This document shows positions 50,051 through 60,692 of a stretch of DNA of 64,000 nucleotides, piece by piece. The stretch covers positions 160,001-224,000 of the IMG/VR virus record IMGVR_UViG_3300011560_000001; one strand, 5' to 3'. The translations under genes and the position numbers were made by a program. This DNA comes from a virus. Lineage: Duplodnaviria; Caudoviricetes. Every line of letters begins with the position of its first letter. Within the stretch, counting starts at the first letter, position 1. The notes below the pieces were generated by a model. It searched no databases, was not told where the DNA came from, and saw nothing but the letters and a program-made list of their open reading frames with translations.

Positions 50051-50299
50051 ATGAAAACGATCAAAGCAACTAAATCCGTTAAAACCAAAGTTCAACCGCT
50101 ACACCACATCACGGTTTATCGCAACAAAGATAACGCAATCACCAAGTTCCGCGTCCGCGTAAAAGCGGCTGAATCAGCATTAAAGGAATTGGTTGATACG
50201 ACTGTTTCTGTTGATGCTTACGATTCGTACCAGAAAGCAATGCTGACAGCGATTCAAATCCGTGATAAAGCATTGAACAGTCCAATCAACGCATTTTAA
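50051..50299 (+). CDS. Small basic protein, possibly AP2-like DNA-binding
   Basis: AAGGA RBS; beta strands followed by Y.S...A...A...RD helix. Confidence 0.5.
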   Translation: MKTIKATKSVKTKVQPLHHITVYRNKDNAITKFRVRVKAAESALKELVDTTVSVDAYDSYQKAMLTAIQIRDKALNSPINAF

Positions 50300-50474
50300 T
50301 ACATAACAACTTAGCAAACGGTTCTTCTCTTCCTGAGGCTGTGGAGGGGAAGAACCAGGAAACACAGATACATTTTCTTTTAGTTTACGAAAATTAACTC
50401 TTACAGAAATTCAGTAACCTGTGTACTTGTAATCATGTCGTGTAAAAGACAATCATTTGTTTGAGGAATAGGAA

Positions 50475-51224
50475 ATGCAAGAACCCCGCTATCAAGGAAG
50501 CATCATGCTTTCCTGTGGTTTTGTTATCGAACACCCACTGCTTGGTAAATTGTTCATCAAAGAAGAGATACGTAAACCAGGACAATCAAAGAACTTTTCA
50601 CCGCTTTTAGCAGCTAAAGCTTTATTGGAATCGTTCGAAGACATCAACGTCGTCAGGTATCACACAACGTTATATCAAGCTGATGGGTATCGCTGGTTTG
50701 ACGGGTGGGTTTATGTGCATCACGATCGGATTGAAGTCAGTGTGGCAAACCTAGACGCTCTTCCGTTTACCCGCCTTGATATCGATACTGTTAAAATCGA
50801 TTATAATGACGCGGTAATTAAACTGCAGGACGATGAGTTGATCCAAGATGTACGTCGTTTCTGGTCGAACTATCAAGATAACATTTTGATTCCGGTACCT
50901 GACGAACTCTCTAAAGTTTATGATGAGCTGGTCAGTGGGAACGGGGATGTATGGCGCACGTGCGAAGATCCTTATCGCTTCTTTACACGTAAACAAAAAG
51001 AACGTTTGATGGTACGCGGCTGGATTGAGAACCCTCTCGGTGATGTTTACCATTACGTTGATGCGGAAGCCGTGGTGAGTGATGAGCTGCATAAATTTGA
51101 TATTCGGGATGAACAGTTAATATGGACAGCGCAACGTTCAGTAGAGCAAGATGGTGTGATTACCATGTTCTATGACCCTGAAATCAAATTGACTCTGTTT
51201 GTGGAAGGAGATATTGACGAATGA
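50475..51224 (+). CDS. Hypothetical protein
   Basis: 249 aa; GAGGA RBS. Confidence 0.65.
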   Translation: MQEPRYQGSIMLSCGFVIEHPLLGKLFIKEEIRKPGQSKNFSPLLAAKALLESFEDINVVRYHTTLYQADGYRWFDGWVYVHHDRIEVSVANLDALPFTRLDIDTVKIDYNDAVIKLQDDELIQDVRRFWSNYQDNILIPVPDELSKVYDELVSGNGDVWRTCEDPYRFFTRKQKERLMVRGWIENPLGDVYHYVDAEAVVSDELHKFDIRDEQLIWTAQRSVEQDGVITMFYDPEIKLTLFVEGDIDE

Positions 51225-51799
51225 ATTGGATTAAGGTAGTGTTGTTTATTATACTTGTTGCCGCAGCTATCGGGCTATTTCTTTACACACATCGGAAAGA
51301 ACAGAAGCGTAAGCCGAGCAGACCGTTGGTTACCGGTGTCGTAACGCCGCCCACAAAACAGTCTGGATTACCTAAATCTCTTTATATGGCTGAAGTGACT
51401 TTAGATTCATCAAAAGGCAATGAGCTTGTGCTCGAAATGTTAATACAGAAACATTATAAAGATGCTGTATTGACTGCCGAGTATTGGGTTGATCCTAACA
51501 AGCCAGGCAAACGCTGGCGTGCATGGTATCCTTTACATGTGCCATGCACAAATACCTGGATTGAGTGGCCAGCGTTAGTAAGTTACCGATCAACGGATAA
51601 AGTGAACAAAGCAGCGTTCTTCTTAGATACCAATCGTTTCAAATGGTATCCCGATAAGGTAACGAATGAGCCGGTATGGATGCCTAAGAAGGGTGGCACG
51701 TGCTTTACTGTCGGACAAGTCCTGTTAACAGATTTAGACGACCAGAACAACTTCTTTGTCATTGAAGAAGAAAAGCTTAACGATCTGATTCCTTATTAA
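51221..51799 (+). CDS. N-terminally membrane-anchored protein
   Basis: TM segment VVLFIILVAAAIGLFLY; AAGGAG RBS. Confidence 0.65.
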   Translation: MNWIKVVLFIILVAAAIGLFLYTHRKEQKRKPSRPLVTGVVTPPTKQSGLPKSLYMAEVTLDSSKGNELVLEMLIQKHYKDAVLTAEYWVDPNKPGKRWRAWYPLHVPCTNTWIEWPALVSYRSTDKVNKAAFFLDTNRFKWYPDKVTNEPVWMPKKGGTCFTVGQVLLTDLDDQNNFFVIEEEKLNDLIPY

Positions 51800-51817
51800 T
51801 CATTCGATATAACGGTA

Positions 51818-51874
51818 CGCGGCGCTCATCCTTTTAGGGATGAGCACCGTTTTCCTATTTTGTTTTTTTTTTTT
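51818..51874 (+). terminator. Rho-independent-type terminator
   Basis: CGGcGCTCATCC...GGATGAGCaCCG stem followed by long T tracts. Confidence 0.65.
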
Positions 51875-51933
51875 GAGGTTCCCATGGTATGAATTAGGTC
51901 TCTTTCCTATCAACGATCATCTATGAGGTCAGC

Positions 51934-52764
51934 ATGTATCCTGAAGCATCATGGCAAGAGGAAGTGTTATCTAAAATAAACACCGACCTCCAGCATCCAT
52001 TATCCCCGTCAGACATTACGCTAACGCCAGCCTGGTATGGTGCATCAGGTCGGTTACGCCTTTCTATAGTCCCCACATCACAATCGACTTACTATATCGA
52101 AGACCCCGTGCAGGTTTATCTTCAACGTCGAGACATTAATAAGCTCTTTATCAAACACCAACCTTTTATTGTCGTTGCTGATATGACGACTATAGCAGAC
52201 TGCTTAACGCAGCTGTTTAAGAAGTATGGGTTGAAGATCGATTTAACGATCTTTGATTCTTCAGCGCTAGCATCACAGATTAAATTTGAAAGTGACGAGA
52301 AAACCGTATCTGTTCCTATTCGTTCTGGTGCCTCAGCATCGTGGTACGGTACGTTTCAATTCCTCGTACGAAAAGCGGTAAGTACTGATATTAGCGAGCT
52401 GATTACGGTACGAGAACCACTAACCTCGTATTATCCAGAAGATAGTAAACGAGGGGATTTCCACACGTTCAGCACCTACGGTATCAAGCTAAATTTACCA
52501 CCGCAAGACGCGATACGTTCATTGTCGGTTGGAGATGCTCCCGAAGGATACAGTGCGTTCCGTTTAGCCTCTTCACTGATTTCAATGAGTTATGCCTTAG
52601 CTTGGGAACTTATCACAACCGCCAGTGTCGTTTATAATGGAAAAGTTGCCGACGCAAACGATTTAAATGTTCCGATACTTCCGTCGTTCGGAAGCTCTGT
52701 TCTGGTATTAAAACCTCATTCCGATAGCGGCGTCAGCAGCAAACTTTATTTCAGTTACGATTAA
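51934..52764 (+). CDS. Putative virion protein, adaptor-domain family
   Basis: SWQEEVL..IN, RRDI.K.F, L..KYG, W.G..F pattern shared with 14290/56580/62041. Confidence 0.6.
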   Translation: MYPEASWQEEVLSKINTDLQHPLSPSDITLTPAWYGASGRLRLSIVPTSQSTYYIEDPVQVYLQRRDINKLFIKHQPFIVVADMTTIADCLTQLFKKYGLKIDLTIFDSSALASQIKFESDEKTVSVPIRSGASASWYGTFQFLVRKAVSTDISELITVREPLTSYYPEDSKRGDFHTFSTYGIKLNLPPQDAIRSLSVGDAPEGYSAFRLASSLISMSYALAWELITTASVVYNGKVADANDLNVPILPSFGSSVLVLKPHSDSGVSSKLYFSYD

Positions 52765-52777
52765 GGCGGAGTAAATA

Positions 52778-55700
52778 ATGACGACATTCTTACCTGACGA
52801 TAAACAGGATCTGGTCGACCAACTCAACGCACTAAACAAAACAGATATCCCAGCTGATGGTATCACAGTCACCGCCGTTGGTGATAGTCAAAAACTTGAT
52901 GGTGTTGGAAATTACACGGGGACGGTTACGGTTAATAAACCAAAACGGTCATTCGCGACACTGTTTCCGTTCGGTGCGATCATGAAAAAAGAAACCGGTA
53001 ATGAAGCGGTTTCTGGTCGAGCGGCACTCGCGTTATTGAACGAGCAGTTCCATCTGGCGATTGCAGAAAGTTACTTCACAGAAGAATCTTTAAATGCAAC
53101 ATACCAGTTAGGGACGCAGAACAGCATCTTTGCACAAATCGCACTAGAACCAACCAAGGATAACCCTTACTGGAAAGATACACTGTTCATCTCAATGTAT
53201 CGGTCAACGCTAGGTGCTTTGGAGACATCTAGTGCAAGCGTATCATCCGGTATTTATGTTGATTTAGGATCAGCTAGGAAAGCATTCAATCTGAATCGTA
53301 CTGGCGTATACAAGTTACCTTTACCAGCAACGTCCAGTAGTGTGCCAGACCGTTATGAATGGTGTCAGTTATTAGAGATTACCCCGTCGGTTGTTGGTGG
53401 ACAGATTGACTGGAGCAACTACTTGACGCTGGAGCCGTTAACACCGACGTTTCCGGTGATGGAAATCAATGCCACGTATTACTTCCTGCTTTGGACATTC
53501 AACCGTAAAGATTGGTACGTGAAACAAATCACCGCATCGGAGCGATATAACGATGTCGCCCAACTTATCGGTAAATGGATGATTACAGCGTCGCCGGTTA
53601 ATTTTGTTGGTTATGGCCACGCAAGCTTCTTAACCCGAAATACAGGAACGTTTACCGACCCAGAAACCGATCATTACGTGTTAAATGAAAGCGGGGTAAT
53701 GGTAAACAATCGCCACTTCATTGCAGCAACACGACAAGAAGCACAACCTGACGGCGACGCAACAACAGAAGGACAGTCGTTGTTAATTCTGGGTGCAGGT
53801 ATATTCAGTCATACAACGGATGATACCAAGCTTAAAGCGCATTACCTCACATTAGCAGAATCATCGTTCGATGCGTATATAAAAGCGTTCTATGCAGGCC
53901 TTGAACCACCGGACATACCGGCACGCTGGATCGCTAACTGGATTGTTAATGGTAAACAGCCGGTGTTGGCCCATTATCCTCTTGCAAAAGACGATTACCC
54001 AACACACGGTGGTTTCCATGACACAGCGGTTACATTCACCAACGGTATTGGAAAAATAGCACATGGCGCACCAACGTTCGGGGAATACGCGGATCTTGTT
54101 GTTAAGGTCTATGAGGGTAAACTCGGCTGGCAGAATTTGAACGCGGACGTGTTCAAAACCAATGATGACGGAACAATTGACTGGAATACAAAGGGTACGG
54201 TGTTTCCTATCGAGAAAGTTGCGTTACGCACAAAACGTTACGTAAGTGCTGACGGAGACGATCTTGAAGCGTGTACCGATGATGAAGTAGGTACCATCGT
54301 ACTCAAAGATAAATCTGTCAACGGTTCTTACTTGGTTGCGTGGGCACCCCGTGTTCCTATTGAATATGGTGGATACCTTATTAAAACGAATGAATGCCAG
54401 CATAACCGACCGATCCAGGTACCAGTCACCAGAGACTACATGGGAAACGCGTCAGACGCCGAACAGTGGTTTTGTGAATCGGCCTACACCTTATACCGTT
54501 TAACGAAGCAGGAGCGCTATCAGAAAGCGTACAAGGCATCTTTGTTTACAATTGAAGAATACACCCGTATCGACGCCAACGACAAGTTCTTCCGTCAGGT
54601 AAAAGGAACCAATCGTTACGATACCGACGGTATCGCTTACACGTATACATACCCATCGAAAGCGCCGTTTACAATCACGCGTGATACCGATGGCTGGATC
54701 GTGATTCAAGCATCTTCAGCTCAAATTTACCTTGAACAGCAAGCCATTCCGTTCCGCGTAAATCGTGATTCAATTCTTCGGGTAACCTGTGGGGGTAAAG
54801 ATACGACAGGCCTTGCAATTCCGGTTGAGATCTCATTGTCGCTTTCTTTGGACAAAACCGAAGCGAAAGCCAAAACGTACAAGCTGGTATTACCTTCCAG
54901 CGTTGAACCGAAAGGATGGGATTTCAAAATAGGCTCGTTGATTCCTGCTGATGCGGTCGATGAAGCTTCAACGCCAGCCGGTGATGCTGTTACGGGTTCT
55001 GTGTTGATATCGGCTGATAAAGTCGGCTGGAAAGACGATGTCGCAATCACAACAGAATTCAGCGAAGCGGCGGAAGATTCCTGGGATGGGTTGTTCTTAA
55101 AAGCGCAGCTTACTGCGGCAGGCGGACAATTTGAATTCAATCCAACAGCAAAACAGATCGTAAGACAGGTCAGTTATTTCGCGTCGATTGACTACAACGT
55201 TCGTGTAGAAGATGTGAATGGTTGGCGATGGTGGCAGATGCTACCGGCCACCACATCAAGAAATACGTTGACGCTTTCGGCTACCGGATGGACGCTCTCA
55301 GGGTATCAACCGAACCACACTGATACTGACCCTAAACCTACCGCACCTGTGTGGGGTGATGGCTCAACTGAAATTTTGTTCTTGCCTGATGACAGCGATA
55401 TCGCTGAAGGGGTATTTAAGCTTTACGCCATCAATAATCCACCGTCAACTTACACCACGGATGACGGATATACCATGCTGTTTACGTTAAAAGCAACCTT
55501 TGAGGCGGAGGGAACATTACGGGTTGGTGATTGCACGATTGTCAACCAACGCCTCGATCCGTTACCTTATACTCCGGGTATTATTCCGTTCTCGAACAAC
55601 TATATCCCTAACGCACCGACGTTCGACAGTTGGCGTGGTCAGCCTTATCCTGGCTACCAACATCCATGGGTCTTCCTGGATATGGACGTACCGACTGAAC

Positions 55701-56374
55701 GACGTGACCTCATGATTCGGAATGTTGTGAATTTCTGGTATGACTCACAGCAGTGGTATTATCAGAAATTCGGGGTTTTAGGGCCGGGTGCGAGTGCGTA
55801 CGTGTGGGATCGTTGGGATGCGCCAAGCGGATCGAAAGTTAATGATTTTACGATGTACCACTTCGGCGATCAGACAGCATGGTCTGGTTATCAGCCGAGG
55901 GCTTTCTTTTCAGCGGTGCGGCTTTATGCTGGACTACTTGATCGTGGTTTAGCCGTCCCTGAGAAATTAACCACTTACATCAGTCATTGGATTGATTTCT
56001 TGTTTACGTATCAACAGGAAAACGCTTATCAATCTCCTACGGATTTTCCGATGGATAAACCTCCTGCTTTTATCCCTAATGACTTTACTGGCCATATGGC
56101 TGGATTATGGTTGGCGGGTGCATCGTTAGCAATGTTGTACGGACATCCCAACGATAAAGGCTATTCTGTTGCGGTTAATGCTTATAACGAAATCGTTGAG
56201 AACTACATCAACCGCTACACCGTTGATGACGTAATGAACGGTGGGTGGAGTCCCGCACCAGATAGCGCTAATCTCGGCAGAGACGGAATGTATTTTGGTT
56301 TCTGGAGCGGGGAGATCCTCCGAGGATTAGGCTATTATATTGCCCTATTACGCGATGTAAAACCAACAATTTAA
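52778..56374 (+). CDS. Large tail-associated protein with putative (alpha/alpha)6 glycoside-hydrolase-like domain
   Basis: Divergent adaptor-like N-terminus; DATTEGQSL (GH8 SEGQ-like), NASDAEQW, W.GYQ.RA, GFWSGE; tail cluster context. Confidence 0.65.
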   Translation: MTTFLPDDKQDLVDQLNALNKTDIPADGITVTAVGDSQKLDGVGNYTGTVTVNKPKRSFATLFPFGAIMKKETGNEAVSGRAALALLNEQFHLAIAESYFTEESLNATYQLGTQNSIFAQIALEPTKDNPYWKDTLFISMYRSTLGALETSSASVSSGIYVDLGSARKAFNLNRTGVYKLPLPATSSSVPDRYEWCQLLEITPSVVGGQIDWSNYLTLEPLTPTFPVMEINATYYFLLWTFNRKDWYVKQITASERYNDVAQLIGKWMITASPVNFVGYGHASFLTRNTGTFTDPETDHYVLNESGVMVNNRHFIAATRQEAQPDGDATTEGQSLLILGAGIFSHTTDDTKLKAHYLTLAESSFDAYIKAFYAGLEPPDIPARWIANWIVNGKQPVLAHYPLAKDDYPTHGGFHDTAVTFTNGIGKIAHGAPTFGEYADLVVKVYEGKLGWQNLNADVFKTNDDGTIDWNTKGTVFPIEKVALRTKRYVSADGDDLEACTDDEVGTIVLKDKSVNGSYLVAWAPRVPIEYGGYLIKTNECQHNRPIQVPVTRDYMGNASDAEQWFCESAYTLYRLTKQERYQKAYKASLFTIEEYTRIDANDKFFRQVKGTNRYDTDGIAYTYTYPSKAPFTITRDTDGWIVIQASSAQIYLEQQAIPFRVNRDSILRVTCGGKDTTGLAIPVEISLSLSLDKTEAKAKTYKLVLPSSVEPKGWDFKIGSLIPADAVDEASTPAGDAVTGSVLISADKVGWKDDVAITTEFSEAAEDSWDGLFLKAQLTAAGGQFEFNPTAKQIVRQVSYFASIDYNVRVEDVNGWRWWQMLPATTSRNTLTLSATGWTLSGYQPNHTDTDPKPTAPVWGDGSTEILFLPDDSDIAEGVFKLYAINNPPSTYTTDDGYTMLFTLKATFEAEGTLRVGDCTIVNQRLDPLPYTPGIIPFSNNYIPNAPTFDSWRGQPYPGYQHPWVFLDMDVPTERRDLMIRNVVNFWYDSQQWYYQKFGVLGPGASAYVWDRWDAPSGSKVNDFTMYHFGDQTAWSGYQPRAFFSAVRLYAGLLDRGLAVPEKLTTYISHWIDFLFTYQQENAYQSPTDFPMDKPPAFIPNDFTGHMAGLWLAGASLAMLYGHPNDKGYSVAVNAYNEIVENYINRYTVDDVMNGGWSPAPDSANLGRDGMYFGFWSGEILRGLGYYIALLRDVKPTI

Positions 56375-56430
56375 CCGATGGGGCGATTACCACCCCATGA
56401 ACTTTGGAGTACCACAGAGCACAAAGTGTT

Positions 56431-56476
56431 ATCCTCCCTCTATCTCGCTTTGTCGGGGTAGAGGGGCAATATGCGC
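56431..56476 (+). terminator. Hairpin + TATG element
   Basis: CCCTCTATCTCG...CGGGGTAGAGGG then CAATATGCG. Confidence 0.55.
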
Positions 56477-56579
56477 GGAATTTTATGCGGTCGTCTGGAC
56501 TGTTTACGTTTACCTCGAATCGCACTCCGGTTTCGAGGCATTTTACATTTTAATTTGATTATTGGAGGAGGGTGCGCTT

Positions 56580-57107
56580 ATGCGTTCACTTTACCCGCCA
56601 TGGAAAGACGAACTGATTACGTTGATAAACAGACGTAACAGTAGCGTGTTCAGCAACTCCGATCTTACATTAACCTTGGATGGGAGTTCTGGTGCTAACA
56701 GGGCAAAAGTGATCGTCACAGCAAATGAAGGAACAAGGTGGTGTGGTGAAAGTTTTATCACTTACACACGACGTGATATCGCGAAAGCGTTTCTAGGGAT
56801 ACCGATGAAAATCGTTTTGGAGTCGGTTGAAACAACAACTATAAGAGCGGTTATTCAAGCTATTTCAGATCAGTACGGATTCATCTTTGAAACCGATGCT
56901 GATTTTGATTCAGCTATCCTTGCTACTGTCATTGATTTTCGTGACGACACATCCAAGAAGATCTCGATTCCCATCGCGAATACCTCCATGGTTTGGCGTG
57001 GGCAATTGGATCTTATCGTGACAAACCAGCGTGATACATCACCAGCGTATCTTTGCGCCGGTGCGGCAACTGTCATCGGTGATGTCATCACTATTTATCC
57101 GGGATAA
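56580..57107 (+). CDS. Adaptor-domain protein with a P2 gpI-like C-terminal peptide
   Basis: WKDELI.LIN..N, TRRDIAKAFLGIP; ends AGAATVIGDVITIYPG. Confidence 0.7.
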   Translation: MRSLYPPWKDELITLINRRNSSVFSNSDLTLTLDGSSGANRAKVIVTANEGTRWCGESFITYTRRDIAKAFLGIPMKIVLESVETTTIRAVIQAISDQYGFIFETDADFDSAILATVIDFRDDTSKKISIPIANTSMVWRGQLDLIVTNQRDTSPAYLCAGAATVIGDVITIYPG

Positions 57108-57113
57108 AACGCC

Positions 57114-60100
57114 ATGAGTACAACATATAAAACGGTCATTACCGATAAAGGCGCTGAACGTATTGCCGCGGCGCTACTTCCTGACGGTGAGAAACTAAGA
57201 ATCACACATTTTGCTGTTGGTGACGGAAACGGCTCTACACCAACCCCTGATATTAGCCAAACAGCGCTCGTACACGAAGTTTATCGTGGGGAAGTTTCTA
57301 ACATCCACATTGATGTTGACGACACAACCAGGATTGTTGTTGAAGGCATTATTCCCGCCAATCAAGGTGGGTTCTGGGTGCGTGAGATCGGTCTGTACGA
57401 CGATCAGGGTGAACTTGTCGTTGTCGGTAATGCGCCAGAAGGGTACAAACCACTACCTTCCGAAGGGGCAGGACGTGTGTTAAATTGTCAGGTATTTGTT
57501 GTCGTAAGCAATACCGATGCGATCGAATTGAAGGTTGTTAGTGATGCATTCTTACCAGACGCGACCACCGAGAAACGGGGATTAACGATCCTTAGCAGCG
57601 AAACAAATAGTGACGACGAAACCAAAGCCGCAACATCAAAAGCAGTTAAAGCTGTGATGGATGTTGCGAAAGGAAAGTACACGGCAGTGGACGCTAGTAC
57701 CACTCGTAAAGGGTTGGTTCAGTTAACCTCGGCGACGAACAGTGATAGTGAAGTACTCGCACTATCCGCGAAAGCCGGGAAAGTCCTAGCAACACAAATT
57801 AGCGCTAAAGCGGATCTTTCTAGCCCGGCATTTACCGATAAGCCGACAACACCAACCGCAGCCGAAGGCGATAAAAGTCAGCAGATTGCGAATACCGAAT
57901 TTGTGATGCGTGCTATCGCGTCGCTGATCGACTCGTCTCCAGAAGCGCTAAATACGCTTAATGAGCTGGCTCAAGCTTTAGGCAACGATCCTAATTTCGC
58001 AACGACGGTAACGAACGCGTTAGCCGGGAAACAACCACTAAACGCGTTACTAACTGCGTGGTCTAACCTAACAACAGGAGCGAATAAACTCCCTTATTTT
58101 ACTGGACAGAACAAGATCGGACTAACTGACGTAACGACAACAGGTCTGTCGTTGCTAAGCAGAGGAAGCGTTGATGCAGTCTTGCTGTATCTTGGACTGA
58201 CAGAAACCATAAATGTAGCTAAGACGGCATTGCAAGCAGGGAATAACGGTAGCGATATTGCGGATAAAGCCCGGTTCCGCAGCAACGTATCGTTATACAG
58301 TAAAGAGGAGATGGACGCGAAACGCGGTATGCGTTACATGCGTATTAATGCTCCCGAAGGAGTGGAAGCCGGTAAATGGTATCCGTTTGTTGTTAAACGA
58401 TCAGGATCCAGTATTAATGAACTCGCATCACGTGTTGTTATTTCAACATCCTGTCGTCCAGCAAACCACCGCATGAACAATTGCGAATTTAACGGTTGCG
58501 TGATGCCTGCCGGATGGAGCGATCGCGGACGTTACGCTTACGGGATGTTCTGGGCATATACTGCAAGTGAACGTGCGATTCATTCCGTGATGATGAGCAA
58601 TAAGGACGATGAAGTCAACACTGTTTTCTATATCGAAGGTGGTGCGTTTCCTATTTACGTTTATCTGGAAGAAGGGTTAAGCGCGGTTGTACCAACAGCA
58701 GACTATGTTGCTGGGCAAACAACCTACAAATGGGGTGCGACAAACCCCAAGACGGAATGTGTCGCTGCTGACGTCTTACTAGATTTTACTGCCGGAAGAG
58801 GATTCTACAGCTCACATCCTGTTATTACGACCCAGGATATTTCGGGTAACAAAATCTACGCTAACGGCGAAGTCGTTGTTCGTAGTCAAACCGCAATACG
58901 CGCGATTGGTGGAGAATACGGTGCTTTACTGCGAAACGATGGTAGTAAAACTTATTTACTGCTCACCAACGCAGGCGATCAATACGGAGAATGGAACGCA
59001 TTACGTCCATTGATGATCGATAATGTCACAGGTGAGGTTACGGTAGGTACCAAACTGTTTGCTAACGGTGGCGTTGAAGGGAACATCTCTAAAGCAACGA
59101 CTGCAACTAAACTTGCAACCGCCAGAACAATCGGAGGCGTTAGCTTCGACGGTTCTGCTAACATCGATCTTCCCGGTGTAAATAAGGCCGGTACGCAAAA
59201 TACCAGTGGTAATGCCGCTACTGCAACCAAGCTACAGACCGCCCGTAAAATCGGTGGTGTCGCGTTCGATGGTACAGCTGATATCGTATTGCCTGGCGTC
59301 AATGCGGCTGGTAATCAGAATACAACAGGTAATGCTGCGACAGCCACGAAGCTGCAAACAGCGATCACGATCGGTGGAGTTTCTTTCGATGGTTCCGCTA
59401 GCATTAACCTACCGGGTGTGAACAAAGCAGGCAATCAAAGCACTTCCGGAAACGCCGGTTCAGCAACAAAACTCCAAACGGCGCGGAGGATTAATGGGGT
59501 CGCCTTTGACGGTACAACTGATATTAGCTTTAGCATTAACGTGCTCGCTTCCAAGGGACGGGTCACCGCTTTAGCTAATGCGACCCAGGGCAGCAATACG
59601 GGTATTCAGATGTATGAAGTGTACAATAACGGATACCCTACAGCCTACGGTAACATTGTTCATCTTAAAGGTGCTTCATCGGTCGGTGAAGGTGAAATCC
59701 TCATTGGATGGTCGGGTACCTCGGGTGCGCACGCTCCAGCTTATTTACGTTCACGTCGCGATACAACCGATGCGAAATGGTCGGAATGGGCACAGATCTA
59801 CACCTCGAAAGATAGCATCCCTGGCGTGAATACAACCGGAAACCAGAACACGACGGGTAATGCCGCCTCAGCGACAAGGCTTCAAACGGCAAGAACGATA
59901 GGTGGGGTATCATTCAACGGTACAGCAAACATCAACTTACCTGGTGTTAATACCACAGGTAACCAAGATACCACAGGAAATGCGGCGACAGCGACCAAGT
60001 TAAAGACGGCCCGGACAATAGGCGGAGTGTCTTTTGACGGCAGCGCTAATATTAACCTACCAGGTGTCAACACCGCTGGTAATCAGAATACTTCAGGAAA

Positions 60101-60638
60101 CGCAGCAACGGCAACGAAGTTGCGGACTGCGCGTACGATCAACGGGAAAGCGTTCGATGGCTCGGCGAATATCACGTTAACTGCGGCGGATCTGTCTACG
60201 TATACGAAGTCAGAAATCGATACGAAATTAGGATATAAAGCATCCAGTAGCGATATCCCTAACATGGCGATTAAAACATCCACGCTTTCATCTGGTGGTA
60301 TGAACATGTCGTTTAGTGACTTCATCAACTATCTGAAAGGTGAAGGCGCATTCAGGAAACGTTATTGGATCGGATTTGGTGATATGATGGGCGCGAACGC
60401 CGGAAGTACAGGAACAATCACCGGGTTCGGTGCTCTCCAGCTCGCCGGTACGATCATTGAAGTATTCAACTTCCCTAACGGGATGGATTATACGATACGT
60501 ATTACTACGCAACATAAAGCAGATTATAGCGGTTTGACAAATATGATTGTAGTGTATCATTATCGGAGCGCATTGTCGCCTGCCGGTCAATGGTTGAAGT
60601 TCGCTGGTGCGACAGGAGCGACAAACGAAGGGTATTAA
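57114..60638 (+). CDS. Long tail fibre, P2 gpH-like N-terminus with 40-aa repeats
   Basis: YKTVITDKG...FAVGDGNG..PTP...QTAL...GGFWVREIGLYD; DASTTRKGLVQL; SPEALNTLNELA.ALGNDPNFATT. Confidence 0.92.
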   Translation: MSTTYKTVITDKGAERIAAALLPDGEKLRITHFAVGDGNGSTPTPDISQTALVHEVYRGEVSNIHIDVDDTTRIVVEGIIPANQGGFWVREIGLYDDQGELVVVGNAPEGYKPLPSEGAGRVLNCQVFVVVSNTDAIELKVVSDAFLPDATTEKRGLTILSSETNSDDETKAATSKAVKAVMDVAKGKYTAVDASTTRKGLVQLTSATNSDSEVLALSAKAGKVLATQISAKADLSSPAFTDKPTTPTAAEGDKSQQIANTEFVMRAIASLIDSSPEALNTLNELAQALGNDPNFATTVTNALAGKQPLNALLTAWSNLTTGANKLPYFTGQNKIGLTDVTTTGLSLLSRGSVDAVLLYLGLTETINVAKTALQAGNNGSDIADKARFRSNVSLYSKEEMDAKRGMRYMRINAPEGVEAGKWYPFVVKRSGSSINELASRVVISTSCRPANHRMNNCEFNGCVMPAGWSDRGRYAYGMFWAYTASERAIHSVMMSNKDDEVNTVFYIEGGAFPIYVYLEEGLSAVVPTADYVAGQTTYKWGATNPKTECVAADVLLDFTAGRGFYSSHPVITTQDISGNKIYANGEVVVRSQTAIRAIGGEYGALLRNDGSKTYLLLTNAGDQYGEWNALRPLMIDNVTGEVTVGTKLFANGGVEGNISKATTATKLATARTIGGVSFDGSANIDLPGVNKAGTQNTSGNAATATKLQTARKIGGVAFDGTADIVLPGVNAAGNQNTTGNAATATKLQTAITIGGVSFDGSASINLPGVNKAGNQSTSGNAGSATKLQTARRINGVAFDGTTDISFSINVLASKGRVTALANATQGSNTGIQMYEVYNNGYPTAYGNIVHLKGASSVGEGEILIGWSGTSGAHAPAYLRSRRDTTDAKWSEWAQIYTSKDSIPGVNTTGNQNTTGNAASATRLQTARTIGGVSFNGTANINLPGVNTTGNQDTTGNAATATKLKTARTIGGVSFDGSANINLPGVNTAGNQNTSGNAATATKLRTARTINGKAFDGSANITLTAADLSTYTKSEIDTKLGYKASSSDIPNMAIKTSTLSSGGMNMSFSDFINYLKGEGAFRKRYWIGFGDMMGANAGSTGTITGFGALQLAGTIIEVFNFPNGMDYTIRITTQHKADYSGLTNMIVVYHYRSALSPAGQWLKFAGATGATNEGY
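59090..60180 (+). repeat. Seven 40-aa (120-nt) fibre repeats in two blocks
   Basis: GNAATATKLQTARTIGGVSFDGSANINLPGVNxxGNQNTT: 4 copies at about 59090-59530 and 3 at about 59855-60180; synonymous sites strongly diverged. Confidence 0.9.
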
Positions 60639-60692
60639 TATCTTGCGATTATCCTTATGGAAGTCACTTCCGTTAACACATAAGGAAATCTA

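Noticed and set aside
51887-51892. Isolated TATG late promoters upstream of structural genes
   Set aside because: A 4-nt motif is too frequent to call without TSS data.
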